Assembly (NCBI GenBank): GCA_030680605.1
Contig: JAUXUQ010000001.1
Span: 139,046-203,045, forward strand
DNA length: 64,000 nucleotides
Source of the DNA: Gammaproteobacteria bacterium
Lineage (GTDB): Bacteria > Pseudomonadota > Gammaproteobacteria > SURF-13
Direction: 5' to 3'
The notes beneath the pieces were generated by a model. That model saw only the letters and a program-made list of their open reading frames with translations. It was not told where the DNA came from and did not search any database. Shown piece by piece: positions 22,430 to 31,813 of this stretch; position 1 is the first letter of the stretch; each line of letters opens with the position of its first letter. Both the position numbers and the translations under genes were made by a program.

Positions 22430-22795
22430 TTACTGAGCTTTCATCCCGCCGCCCATCTTGCTGTCACCCACATCCCGACCCATCATTCCTCCGCCCATCA
22501 TTCCTCCGCCCATCATTCCCTGCATCATACGCATGTTGTCCTGCACCATCTTCGAATGTTCTTGCATAAGTTTATCGCGTTCCTTGGCATCGCTGGACTG
22601 CATGATTTTATGCATCTGTTCATGCATCCTGAGCATACTTTCCTGCATCCTGCCCATCTGCATCTGTTGGTTCTGATCTGTCATGGCAGGTGCGGGTTTT
22701 TTATCGTTGTCGGGGTGATGTCCCTCATCTGACCATGCAAGGGGCGGGAATAGCAGCAGGGCAGCCAGTACCGCAATAATACGTGATTTCTCCAT
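22430..22795 (-). CDS. secreted Met-rich small protein (possible periplasmic metal/stress protein)
   Basis: 121 aa from ATG at complement 22795, with a GGTGGAG RBS. Signal peptide MEKSRIIAVLAALLLFPPLAWS. Very Met/Gln/His-rich with MMGGGMMGGGMMG near the C-terminus. Confidence 0.75.
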   Translation of the reverse strand: MEKSRIIAVLAALLLFPPLAWSDEGHHPDNDKKPAPAMTDQNQQMQMGRMQESMLRMHEQMHKIMQSSDAKERDKLMQEHSKMVQDNMRMMQGMMGGGMMGGGMMGRDVGDSKMGGGMKAQ

Positions 22796-23237
22796 GATTA
22801 AGTCTCCACCTTGAGGTTGATCGAAAGACTGCTTCGCTACGGGCCAATTGCCCACTCGCAAACGCCACATAATCCATTGCCAGTGATTCATTCTAGGCCA
22901 GTACACCCACATCGTCCATGGCTCATCGCGCGACATAAGTTTACGGCCCAACACAACATTGGCCAATACGGGCACTCCGAAAGCAGTCGGGGGTGGGGCG
23001 GGGTGGTATTTTCTCTGCAAATACCTTGGCGGCCACGCTACACTACAGGTTTTCAGGGGTTCCCTTGCTATCCTTGTAATTAGCACGGCAGGTTGGGCTG
23101 AACTAGTGAAGCCCAACATCAGCCAAGGATAAATAAAGCAAGCAATAGCGACAGCGTACGTTACGCAACGTGCCGTACATCGGTATAATGACTCCTAGAA
23201 CGCTGCGTCCGCAGCGAAACCCGTGGAGTGCGCACCA

Positions 23238-23570
23238 ATGCTTCAGGACACTATCAGCAGAATCGAAAACAGAATCCGACAGGCCACACTGGCGCATGAA
23301 GGCAGCAGGGAAGACCTTCTAAAACTGGTCGCCGATCTTAAAAGCGAGATCACGGAGCTTTCGAAAACACACCCTGAGCAGGCTGAAAGTATTGCGGGGT
23401 TTGCTGATATTTCTTCACACGAGGCCGTAAGGGAGGTGCGTAATCCGCATCTGTCCAAGCTATCCACCGATGGCTTGATGGCCTCTGTGCGTGAATTCGA
23501 GCAATCGCACCCGCGCCTGGTGAGTATCGCCAACACCATCAGCAACACCTTGTCCAACATGGGCATCTAG
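23238..23570 (+). CDS. DUF4404-like small protein
   Basis: 110 aa from ATG 23238. The helical N-half and the C-terminal ...HPRLVSIANTISNTLSNMGI resemble DUF4404 proteins (from memory). TATAAT at about 23185. Confidence 0.6.
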   Translation: MLQDTISRIENRIRQATLAHEGSREDLLKLVADLKSEITELSKTHPEQAESIAGFADISSHEAVREVRNPHLSKLSTDGLMASVREFEQSHPRLVSIANTISNTLSNMGI

Positions 23571-23598
23571 GGCATGCCTGCAATCGGTATACTCCTTT

Positions 23599-24244
23599 GT
23601 GCGGGGGCTTTTACGGATCACGCTCTCACCGGTTGAGGCCTATTTGCCGCGTCCGCCAGTCAATGCCGACGAGGAAAAAACACGCTCCGTAATTGCATCA
23701 CGCGAGTCCCTAGATGAGGAGATCGAAAAAAATGCACGCCTGAATCGCAACTATTTACTGCTGGTAATCTTTTCAACGGTCGTAGCTGCGATCGGATTGA
23801 TAGAAGATAATGTCGCCGTGCTCATTGGTGCGGGCGATACCCCACCTGATCAGGCGTTCCCACTCACCAACGCGGCCGGGCTGGGGCTGGCCATCGGTAT
23901 GTCAATCCTGATTGGCGTGCTGTCTTCCTCAAGCATCTATAGCCATGAGCTGCTGTCACGCACGGCTGTGGGCCTGGATTCTATCGCGCTCGCACTGGCA
24001 TCAGGAGCCGCCGCTGTGTTGTCACTCACAACCGGCCTGCCTTCTGTGCTGGCATATTGCTGGCAGTGAACGTGGTCTGCGTAAATCTGGTGGCAAAGAT
24101 CGTTTTCTGGCGCAGGGATTGCGACCCCGCACCTGGGTGGAGAAGGCGAAGGCGCACCAGTCTACCAGGGCCTATATTGTGATCTGGATTATTTCCCTCG
24201 TGATACTGGTAGTGCTGATTTATGTCCGCAGGCCGGGTGGGTAG
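23599..24244 (+). pseudogene. decayed DUF389-family membrane protein gene
   Basis: Two overlapping frames (23599-24069 and 23912-24244) each carry DUF389-like pieces: NYLLLVIFSTVVAAIGLIEDNVAVLIGA, and the C-terminal GLRPRTWVEKAKAHQSTRAY plus a TM segment. Total length is far below the family norm, which implies a frameshift plus an internal deletion. Confidence 0.5.
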
Positions 24245-24348
24245 CAGCGCGAAAGGGAAGGTGATCAAATGTACTACGTATGGCCGTCACGCAATGATGA
24301 CTGCCTTTTCAATGAAAAACACCCTGGAGGACATGCAAACACCTCCTA

Positions 24349-24567
24349 TCACATGATGGCCGCGCTGCGGTATTGCGGATCTATCCAGCAGCGTGGTAAT
24401 TTCTCGTCGGAAGGAAATACGAGATCACTCTTGTCAAATAATTCTGGCTCTGGCATTTCTTCACCGGCGTGAAAGCGTCCACGTAACGACGATTTGCACG
24501 GATCGAAGAGAGCATCCACATCGATAATCTCTACCATATCGCATGTTTTTTTGTGCTTTAAGAACAT
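24349..24567 (-). CDS. conserved small hypothetical protein
   Basis: 72 aa (MFLKHKKTCDMVEIIDVDALFDPCKSSLRGRFHAGEEMPEPELF...LPRCWIDPQYR). Resembles a small protein conserved in gamma-proteobacteria (from memory); function unknown. Confidence 0.55.
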   Translation of the reverse strand: MFLKHKKTCDMVEIIDVDALFDPCKSSLRGRFHAGEEMPEPELFDKSDLVFPSDEKLPRCWIDPQYRSAAIM

Positions 24568-24659
24568 GATGTTTTCCTTGATTAAGCTGAAATCAGATGC
24601 ACTTCAAAACGCTGGTATAAATCCTACACCATTTTTGCGTCATTTGCGCTCATACCTGT

Positions 24660-25652
24660 TTACACATGCATGAGCGGTGCCTCATCCATGAGTGCCACTT
24701 GCTCGCGCAACTCCAGAATACGATCCTGCCAGTAGCGCTGGGTATTGAACCAGGGGAAGGCCACGGGAAAGGCGGGGTCGTCCCAGCGCCGCGCCAGCCA
24801 TGCCGCATAATGGATCAGGCGCAGTGTGCGCAAGGCCTCAAGCAGATGCAGCTCGCGGAGATCAAATTCGCTGAAACCCTCGTAGCCGGCCAGCACGTCA
24901 GCGAGTTGGCGCTGCATCGAGGCGCGATCACCGGAAAGCAGCATCCACAAATCCTGCACGGCGGGCCCCATGCGGCTGTCATCAAAATCGACGAAATGCG
25001 GTCCGTCAGCCGCCCACAGTACGTTGCCCGCATAGCAGTCACCATGCAGCCGTAAATACTCTAGTTTGCCCGCACGCTCGTAACAGCGGCGCACACCCTC
25101 CAACGCCTGTTCTATGATGCTTTGCCAGGCAGCCATAAGATCATCGGGTATAAACGCCTGTGACAGCAGATAGTCGCGTGGCTCTTCGCCAAAGCTCACA
25201 ATATCCAGGGTGGGTCGAGCCTGAAATGGCCGCACACGGCCGACCGCATGTATACGCCCGATGAAGCGCCCCATCCATTCCAAGGTGGTTCCATCATCGA
25301 ACTCCGGCGCGCGGCCACTTTGTCGCGGATAGACGGCAAAACGAAAGTCGCCGAAGTTGTGCAGCGTCTTGCCGTCGGCCAGCGCCAGCGGTGCGACAAC
25401 GGGAATCTCGTGCCCGGTGAGCTCCTGCACGAAGGCGTGTTCTTCGAGGATGGCGGCATCCGTCCAGCGCTCGGGGCGGTAGAATTTCGCCACCCGCGTA
25501 ACCCCGTCCTCCATCCCCACCTGATAAACACGATTTTCATAGCTGTTCAGTGCGAGAAGACGGCCGTCACCTCTGAAGCCGACACTCTCCAGCGCATCCA
25601 GCACGCAATCCGGGGTCAGGCCGGAGTAGGGTGCTGCTTTGCCAATCTCCAT
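24660..25652 (-). CDS. srkA: stress-response serine/threonine kinase SrkA (YihE/RdoA)
   Basis: 330 aa, collinear with E. coli YihE: LNSYENRVYQV, KFYRPERW, LHGDCYAGNVLW, FVDFDDSRMGPAVQDLWMLL, AWLARRWDDPAFP. Confidence 0.9.
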   Translation of the reverse strand: MEIGKAAPYSGLTPDCVLDALESVGFRGDGRLLALNSYENRVYQVGMEDGVTRVAKFYRPERWTDAAILEEHAFVQELTGHEIPVVAPLALADGKTLHNFGDFRFAVYPRQSGRAPEFDDGTTLEWMGRFIGRIHAVGRVRPFQARPTLDIVSFGEEPRDYLLSQAFIPDDLMAAWQSIIEQALEGVRRCYERAGKLEYLRLHGDCYAGNVLWAADGPHFVDFDDSRMGPAVQDLWMLLSGDRASMQRQLADVLAGYEGFSEFDLRELHLLEALRTLRLIHYAAWLARRWDDPAFPVAFPWFNTQRYWQDRILELREQVALMDEAPLMHV

Positions 25653-25924
25653 GGGTGCGTTGCCTTGGCCGCATGAGCAGCAGCTAAATACAGCCCCACA
25701 TTGTACGCCTTATACCCCTGCGACTGTCGTTTGATCCGCACTTCGCCTGCACCTGCACGGCATAGCAAGATGCTTGAGGAGATACGTCACGCTCGCAGAA
25801 CGCACCGGTTACCCGCCTGTTGGCCATTTTTTATTAGGGGCTGCTAACTTCCTTAAATACCTATATATTATGCAAACCTACGGTCAAAACTGACGCATCT
25901 CTTTAGGATTCTTTAGGAGATAAC

Positions 25925-26260
25925 ATGCCTAGCGGAATTGAAGCGGCCCTTGTTAAGCCAATTGTTGATGCCTTCCTAGCGCTTTATAAAAACTCTAAAG
26001 GTACAAAACTTAAACATACAGCAGAGGCTGCGCTGTCAGAGGCCATTCGGGAGTTGTTATCTGTACCAACTGATCTGCATTCTACTGAAGCAAAAATTGC
26101 AGTTGCCAAAGCAGCAGGAATTATCAATGCTGATCTCATTTTAGCTGAGGAATTAATATCTAAGCATAAGCTTGCAGCGCGCAATGATGCTGCAAAAAGA
26201 AATGTGAGGCCAGTTCGTAAAAGAACAGTTCCCAGAAGAAAGCAGGCGCCAAAAAAGTAA
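25925..26260 (+). CDS. orphan small protein with a basic C-terminal tail, in an AT-rich insert
   Basis: 111 aa. Strong RBS (TAGGAGATAAC-ATG). Markedly AT-rich versus the flanks. Ala/Lys-rich helical body, then RNVRPVRKRTVPRRKQAPKK. No family recognised. Confidence 0.55.
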   Translation: MPSGIEAALVKPIVDAFLALYKNSKGTKLKHTAEAALSEAIRELLSVPTDLHSTEAKIAVAKAAGIINADLILAEELISKHKLAARNDAAKRNVRPVRKRTVPRRKQAPKK

Positions 26261-26656
26261 GTCTAAATATAATTCAGGTATAACCCCCCTCAGGTCACTA
26301 TCTCGCTAGCGGTGTAGCTGCACCCGCCAAGCGCAATCATCCGCTATTCCCGAGACCCACCTATCGTAGGGCCGAAAACCCTGATCCTACGTCGTTCTCT
26401 GCGCATGACCTTGGGCTGCTGTTCTCTAGAGTTGGGGAGAGGGTAAGGTAGCGGCCTCTGACACAGCAGACCACCAAAAGGCTTAGCGGTGATTTCTCAC
26501 CTGCTTTATAATTTAACATAATATACATTATGCGAAGTCAATTCAGGACTTCGCGGAACAGTTTCAGACTCTTACCGGGCCATTTCCGCCCTTCTCAAGA
26601 GGAACAGTTATGGCTATCAAGTAGTCTCTGAGCCGCCTGAAATGCGCATGGGTTTT

Positions 26657-27004
26657 TTATTTTGCAGGTTCGAGCTTGGTGACTGTCGGTTTGCCGTCGA
26701 TATTTTCGGCAATGAAGTTAATCTTGTCGCCCACGCTCACCTGATCAAGCAGTGATCTATCCTGCACGAGGAACACCATGGTCATGGCCGGCATATTGAG
26801 GGTGTACAGAGGGCCATGTTCAATCATGATTTTACCTGCGTCAGGATTGATCTTCTTGACCGTGCCTTCTGACATCTTGTCATGACTCATACCTTGCATG
26901 TCCACCATGCCTTCGTGCCCATCTGTGCCGTGGCCCGGACCGGCGTATACGGCACCGGACAGGATTAGTGTAGTACTCATCAGCGTAGTTTTAAGCAGCT
27001 TCAT
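26657..27004 (-). CDS. cusF: periplasmic copper-binding protein CusF-like
   Basis: 115 aa from the MKLLK start. Signal peptide, His/Met-rich N-region, then GTVKKINPDAGKIMIEHGPLYTLNMPAMTMVF...GDKINF, typical of the CusF fold. Confidence 0.85.
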   Translation of the reverse strand: MKLLKTTLMSTTLILSGAVYAGPGHGTDGHEGMVDMQGMSHDKMSEGTVKKINPDAGKIMIEHGPLYTLNMPAMTMVFLVQDRSLLDQVSVGDKINFIAENIDGKPTVTKLEPAK

Positions 27005-27084
27005 GTGATTCTCCTTGATATTGCCAGATGTTGATTGTGCCCAGCCCACATGCTCTGTCCCGTAGCGGGGCTGAAAGTTCAGCT

Positions 27085-27876
27085 TTAAAGCTCTTGCGCC
27101 ATCTGGGCAGATTTAAACAAGGCGGTAAAGTTGGCAGATGTGGCCTCCTCTACCGCAGATGGAGGTAGCGAGCGCAGACCGGCTATACATTCAGCCACGT
27201 GCTTCACGTAAGCGGGTTGGTTGGTTTTGCCGCGATGGGGTACCGGCGCGAGATACGGGGAGTCTGTCTCTATCAGCATGCGGTCCAACGGCATTTTCAG
27301 GGCCACATCGCGCAGTTGTTGCGCATTCTTGAAGGTGACGATGCCTGAGAAAGAGATATAGAAGTTGAGGCACAGTGCTTGTTGGGCCATTTCCCAGTCT
27401 TCGGTGAAGCAATGCATTACGCCGCCAATCCGCTCGGCGCCTTCCTCCTGGAGAATTCGGATAGTGTCTGCCTTGGCTTCACGGCTGTGTACGATCAATG
27501 GCTTGCCCGCGCGCAGCGCCGCCCGGATGTGAGTGCGGAACCGCTCCTGCTGCCAGCCGACATCGCCCTTGCAGTGGAAGTAATCCAGCCCCGTTTCACC
27601 GATGGCAACGATCTTGGGATGCTGCGCGAGTTCACACAGTTCATCCACGGATGGTTCGTGGCATTCACGCTCATCGGGATGCACCCCGACTGAGGCATAG
27701 ATGTAGGGATAGCGTTCTGCGATGGACAGCACAGCGGGAAAAGTCTCAAGATTGACGCAGACGCTCAGCATGCGCTCCACGCCCTGTTGTTGGGCAGCTT
27801 GAAGCACATGTTCAAGATCTGCACCCAGCGCGGCAAGATCCAGCCGGTCGAGATGGCAGTGGGAATCAGTCAGCAT
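27085..27876 (-). CDS. ycfH: TatD-family metal-dependent hydrolase (YcfH-like)
   Basis: 263 aa. MLTDSHCHLD start, GETGLDY and ETDSPYL motifs. Confidence 0.9.
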   Translation of the reverse strand: MLTDSHCHLDRLDLAALGADLEHVLQAAQQQGVERMLSVCVNLETFPAVLSIAERYPYIYASVGVHPDERECHEPSVDELCELAQHPKIVAIGETGLDYFHCKGDVGWQQERFRTHIRAALRAGKPLIVHSREAKADTIRILQEEGAERIGGVMHCFTEDWEMAQQALCLNFYISFSGIVTFKNAQQLRDVALKMPLDRMLIETDSPYLAPVPHRGKTNQPAYVKHVAECIAGLRSLPPSAVEEATSANFTALFKSAQMAQEL

Positions 27877-27885
27877 GCCAGCAGC

Positions 27886-28260
27886 TTACAAGGTGTGCGT
27901 TGCGCGTTCGGCCTGCAACAACCCGCCCAGATAACCCTCAATCTTGTTACGCGTGGCGCCACCATCCATGTCACTGAACTGCACCCCTATCCCTGCAGGG
28001 CGATTACCCTGTGCGCCCTTCGGCGTAGACCAGATGATACGTCCTGCGACCGGAATCTTCTCACTCTCATCCATGAGCGTAAGCAGGATGAATACCTCGT
28101 CACCCAGTTGATAGGTTTTAGGGGTTGGTATAAACAACCCGCCGTTTTTTATGAATGGCATGTAAGCAGCGTACAGCGAGCCTTTGTCTTTAAGCGACAA
28201 AGACATGATGCCTTGTCGGCCCACTGCAGGCACTGCGGGTTTTGTGATCTCCATCATCAT
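27886..28260 (-). CDS. pilZ: PilZ-domain protein (type IV pilus assembly PilZ-like)
   Basis: 124 aa. LSLKDKGSLYAAYMPFIKNGGLFIPT ... GIGVQF matches PilZ next to holB as in Pseudomonas. The exact start is uncertain. Confidence 0.8.
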   Translation of the reverse strand: MMMEITKPAVPAVGRQGIMSLSLKDKGSLYAAYMPFIKNGGLFIPTPKTYQLGDEVFILLTLMDESEKIPVAGRIIWSTPKGAQGNRPAGIGVQFSDMDGGATRNKIEGYLGGLLQAERATHTL

Positions 28261-28328
28261 ATGCTACCTCAACGCGCCGCCACTCCCAACTATAGCTGCA
28301 AATGAGCATGGCTACTAACATATGCCAC

Positions 28329-29360
28329 CTAGGCAACAGCTGGTTTTGTGGTCATCGGCGCCCACCCGACCAGAATTTCCTCAAGCAGCACCTGGGAGTT
28401 GACCTGCGTCGACAGCAGCCGTAACCCCTCAACTGCGCAGTCGAGGTGCTGATACAGTGTAAACTGCCCGATACGCGCCGCAATACGCTGCAGCCGGTCG
28501 CGCATATCCGGATTTCTCAGCCGTGGTGGTTGAGGCACAGATTGCAGACGAATCATGTCGATGATATAGCCATACAGCCACTCCAGCGAGGAGGCCGCCC
28601 CCCGCTCCATCCATGCAGCCGCACAGATCACCGGATCACTCTGCCCCTGCTGCATACTCTCCAGATCCTCTAGCAGTGTGATACGTTGTCCGCAAATGTC
28701 ACCCTGCGCAAGATCAAGTGCCCGGAGCGGAGCACCTCCGGCCAGCGTCAGTAACAGCGCCGCATCAGCTGCCGTATCCAGCCGTTCGCGCAGCCAAGGC
28801 AAGGCCTGTTGTGCCGGGGGCGGTGTGATTGTCAATCTCTGACAGCGACTGCGAACCGTGGCTGGCAGCCGACTGGGCCGCTGGGTAATTAAAAGCAGCA
28901 GTGTGTACGGAGCAGGCTCTTCCAGGGTTTTGAGCAGGGCATTGGCGGCAGCACCGTTCATGCTGTCGGCGGGTTCTATGACTGCTATTTTGTATCCACC
29001 GTGATGGCTCTTGAGCGCAAAGTAGGCATTCAATTCGCGAATCTGGTCGATCAGTATGGCGCGGCCCTCCTCTGCCGGCGCCAGCAGTCGATAGTCCGGA
29101 TGCGTGCCGGCCTGGAACCAGTGGCAGGCATCACAGACCTGACAGGCCTGGCCTTCGGGGCCGGGCCGGGTACACAACAGCGCCTGGGTAAAAATATCTG
29201 CGAAGTGGCGCTTGCCGACTCCTTCGATACCACACATCAGCAACGCATGTGGCAGCCGCAATAGTGACTTGCGTGCCTGCATGTCTGCCCACAGCACCTG
29301 CTGCCAGGGCAGTGGTCGCAACGCCTGTGCGACCTTATCCTCAGGCATGCAGAATCCCAT
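28329..29360 (-). CDS. holB: DNA polymerase III subunit delta'
   Basis: About 340 aa. HALLMCGIEGVGKRHFA P-loop-like region, CQVCDACHWFQAGTHPDY zinc module. Follows tmk. The start may be 29348 instead. Confidence 0.85.
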   Translation of the reverse strand: MGFCMPEDKVAQALRPLPWQQVLWADMQARKSLLRLPHALLMCGIEGVGKRHFADIFTQALLCTRPGPEGQACQVCDACHWFQAGTHPDYRLLAPAEEGRAILIDQIRELNAYFALKSHHGGYKIAVIEPADSMNGAAANALLKTLEEPAPYTLLLLITQRPSRLPATVRSRCQRLTITPPPAQQALPWLRERLDTAADAALLLTLAGGAPLRALDLAQGDICGQRITLLEDLESMQQGQSDPVICAAAWMERGAASSLEWLYGYIIDMIRLQSVPQPPRLRNPDMRDRLQRIAARIGQFTLYQHLDCAVEGLRLLSTQVNSQVLLEEILVGWAPMTTKPAVA

Positions 29361-29967
29361 CCAGCGCCTGACTGATACACGCCTGCACGACGCTCAACTC
29401 CTGTGCGGCATCAATCACGCAGTAGCGGTCACGGTACAACTCGGCCTGGCGCAGATAGTCGGCGCGCACACGCTCGAAAAAGGCCAGCTGTTCGCTCTCG
29501 AAGCGATCCAGATTGACATTACGGCGGCCCGCACGCTCCAGCCCCAGTGCAGGTGGTACATCGAGCAGCAGCGTCAAATCTGGTCGCAGCGGCCCCTGCA
29601 ACCATTCTTCCAGGGCAGCGATACGCTGCTCCGGAATGCCCCGGCCCCCACCCTGATAGGCATAGGTGGCTTCGGTGAAGCGGTCGCACAATACCCATTG
29701 CCCGGCATCGAGTGCCGGACGAATCACGCAGGCGAGATGCTCGGCGCGCGCGGCAAACATCAACAGCAGTTCGGTATCCACCGCCATGCCGTCATTGCGG
29801 TGGCTGAGCAGTACGTCACGAATCTGCTCACCGAGCGGCGTACCGCCGGGCTCACGTGTGACAACGATATCTTTGTTGGCAGCCAGCAATTGTTGCTTGA
29901 TGAAGGCGATATTGCTGCTTTTGCCGGCGCCCTCTATGCCTTCCACAGTAATAAATCGAGCCGTCAT
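29341..29967 (-). CDS. tmk: thymidylate kinase
   Basis: 208 aa. FITVEGIEGAGKSS P-loop, TREPGGTP, DRF motifs. Confidence 0.95.
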   Translation of the reverse strand: MTARFITVEGIEGAGKSSNIAFIKQQLLAANKDIVVTREPGGTPLGEQIRDVLLSHRNDGMAVDTELLLMFAARAEHLACVIRPALDAGQWVLCDRFTEATYAYQGGGRGIPEQRIAALEEWLQGPLRPDLTLLLDVPPALGLERAGRRNVNLDRFESEQLAFFERVRADYLRQAELYRDRYCVIDAAQELSVVQACISQALDGILHA

Positions 29968-31001
29968 TCCTGTGCCGCCTTTTTGCGCGCTGCGCCATTG
30001 ATTTGATATTTGTACACTGCACGATTGTGTTCTGCCAGTGTAGCGGAAAATACATGCCCGCCATCCCCGCGTGCGACGAAGAACAGTGCGTCACCCTCGG
30101 CCGGATGAAGCACGGCACGGATAGCGTCCAGCCCCGGCATGGCGATGGGTGTTGGGGGCAAGCCACCGCGGGTATAGGTATTGTAAGGTGTGTCGGCTGT
30201 CAGATCACTGCGTCGCAGGTTGCCGTCGAAACTGTCGCCCAACCCATATATGACGGTCGGATCGGTTTGTAACGCCATGCCGATACGCATGCGCCTCACG
30301 AATACACCTGCAACCAGTGGTCGTTCACTGGCGAGACCCGTTTCCTTTTCCACGATGGAGGCAAGTATCAGGGCCTCCTCCGGTGTATTCAAGGGCAGGT
30401 CTGCACTGCGGCCCTCCCATGCTGCCTGCAGATGTCGCTCCATCGCGCGATACGCGCGCTTCAGAAAATCGGCATCGCTGGCTCCCTTGGGGAAGTGATA
30501 GGTATCCGGGTAAAAGCGTCCCTCAGGGTGCTGTCCAGAAAATCCCAGCCGCGACATGACCTCTGCATCCGATAGTCCAGTCAGCGTGTGCTCCAGCTTC
30601 TCGTTACGTGCCACGGCCTCCAGCACCTGACGAAAGGTCCAGCCCTCCACCAGCGTGAGGGCATGACCAGTCACCTTGCCCAGCGCCAGCTGCTCCAGCA
30701 GTTGCGGCGGCGTCGTACCAGGCTCCAGCACGTACTCGCCCGCCCGCACACTGTGTTGTTTGCTGCCAAGATAGGACAACCAAACAAGATACGGTGCATG
30801 TGACAACACCCCGCGTTGTTGCAAATCCTGTGCGATTATCTTCAGTGTCATGCCGACTGCAACTTCATACGTCAGACCCGAACCCTCTATGTTGAGCGGC
30901 GTACTTATGAAATTACGGTAGGCCATGCCCCCCGCCACAGCAGCAGCGAGTAACAGCACGAGCAGGGTGGCGCTCAATAATTTCAGAAGTCTGCCTGGCA
31001 T
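29964..31001 (-). CDS. mltG: endolytic murein transglycosylase MltG (YceG)
   Basis: 345 aa. N-terminal TM, ASIVEKE catalytic region, YNTY..GLPP.PI motif. Confidence 0.9.
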   Translation of the reverse strand: MPGRLLKLLSATLLVLLLAAAVAGGMAYRNFISTPLNIEGSGLTYEVAVGMTLKIIAQDLQQRGVLSHAPYLVWLSYLGSKQHSVRAGEYVLEPGTTPPQLLEQLALGKVTGHALTLVEGWTFRQVLEAVARNEKLEHTLTGLSDAEVMSRLGFSGQHPEGRFYPDTYHFPKGASDADFLKRAYRAMERHLQAAWEGRSADLPLNTPEEALILASIVEKETGLASERPLVAGVFVRRMRIGMALQTDPTVIYGLGDSFDGNLRRSDLTADTPYNTYTRGGLPPTPIAMPGLDAIRAVLHPAEGDALFFVARGDGGHVFSATLAEHNRAVYKYQINGAARKKAAQE

Positions 31002-31813
31002 GATTTCATCATTTCATTCACATAGGCCGCAACACGCTGCGTGAGCGGCCCCGGCGCGTAGTGTACACCATCAAGCTCACGCACCGGCCACACCGCCATG
31101 AGGCTGTTGCAGAGAAATATTTCATCGGCCTCACGCAGCTGTTGCAGGCTGAGTGCGGTAATTTCGCAGGCGATGGAATGACGGGCAGCAAGCTCTACAA
31201 TCGCACCGCGCATGATGCCTGCGATACCGCAGCTGTCGATCTCCGGCGTCCGGAGCCGATTGTGCATCACCACAAACAGATTACTCATGGTGCCTTCGAT
31301 CACGTGATCTGTGGTGTCGAGCATCAGCCCCTCGGCAATGCCGGCATCCTGCCATTCGTTGCGGGCAAGCACCTGCTCCAGACGATTTAAATGCTTGATA
31401 CCGGCCAGCGCCGGATTGCGTGCCAGACGGGTATCACACACTCGCGCCCGTACCCCGTGCTGTGCGTTTGCTTCCGGCCAGTCGGGCCATGGATATAACG
31501 CGACCAGCCGCGTTGCATGCACCGGCGGCACGGTGCGGTAGCCGCGTGCGCCCTCACCCCGTGTCACAATAATTTTCAGCACAGCATGTACAGCACCGGC
31601 ACAGACCTGTTCTGCCTCAGCCGCAAGTAATGTATCTGCGGGTGCAGGAATGCCGAGCCTGGCGCACCCCGCGTGCAGCCGCTGCATATGTCTCTGCCAC
31701 AGCAGCGGCCTGCCCTCGCGCACGGCCAGCGTCTCGAATACGCCATCGCCATAATGCAAGCCGCGATCCTGCGCGCTTACCTGTGCTGCAGGTATGCCAT
31801 TGACCAGCATCAT
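30983..31813 (-). CDS. pabC: aminodeoxychorismate lyase
   Basis: 276 aa from the MMLVNG start (ATGA overlap with the pabB stop). Class IV aminotransferase fold (RGLHYGDGVFETL, GIKHLNRLEQV). Confidence 0.85.
   Translation of the reverse strand: MMLVNGIPAAQVSAQDRGLHYGDGVFETLAVREGRPLLWQRHMQRLHAGCARLGIPAPADTLLAAEAEQVCAGAVHAVLKIIVTRGEGARGYRTVPPVHATRLVALYPWPDWPEANAQHGVRARVCDTRLARNPALAGIKHLNRLEQVLARNEWQDAGIAEGLMLDTTDHVIEGTMSNLFVVMHNRLRTPEIDSCGIAGIMRGAIVELAARHSIACEITALSLQQLREADEIFLCNSLMAVWPVRELDGVHYAPGPLTQRVAAYVNEMMKSCQADF

Noticed and set aside
22363-22732. His/Ser-rich and Cys/Ile-rich ORFs on the plus strand (HHSSAHHSSAHHSLHH...)
   Set aside because: They are mirror images of the Met-rich repeat gene on the minus strand, which has a signal peptide and RBS. 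The His-rich repeats are just the reverse-complement reading of the ATG/GGN repeats.
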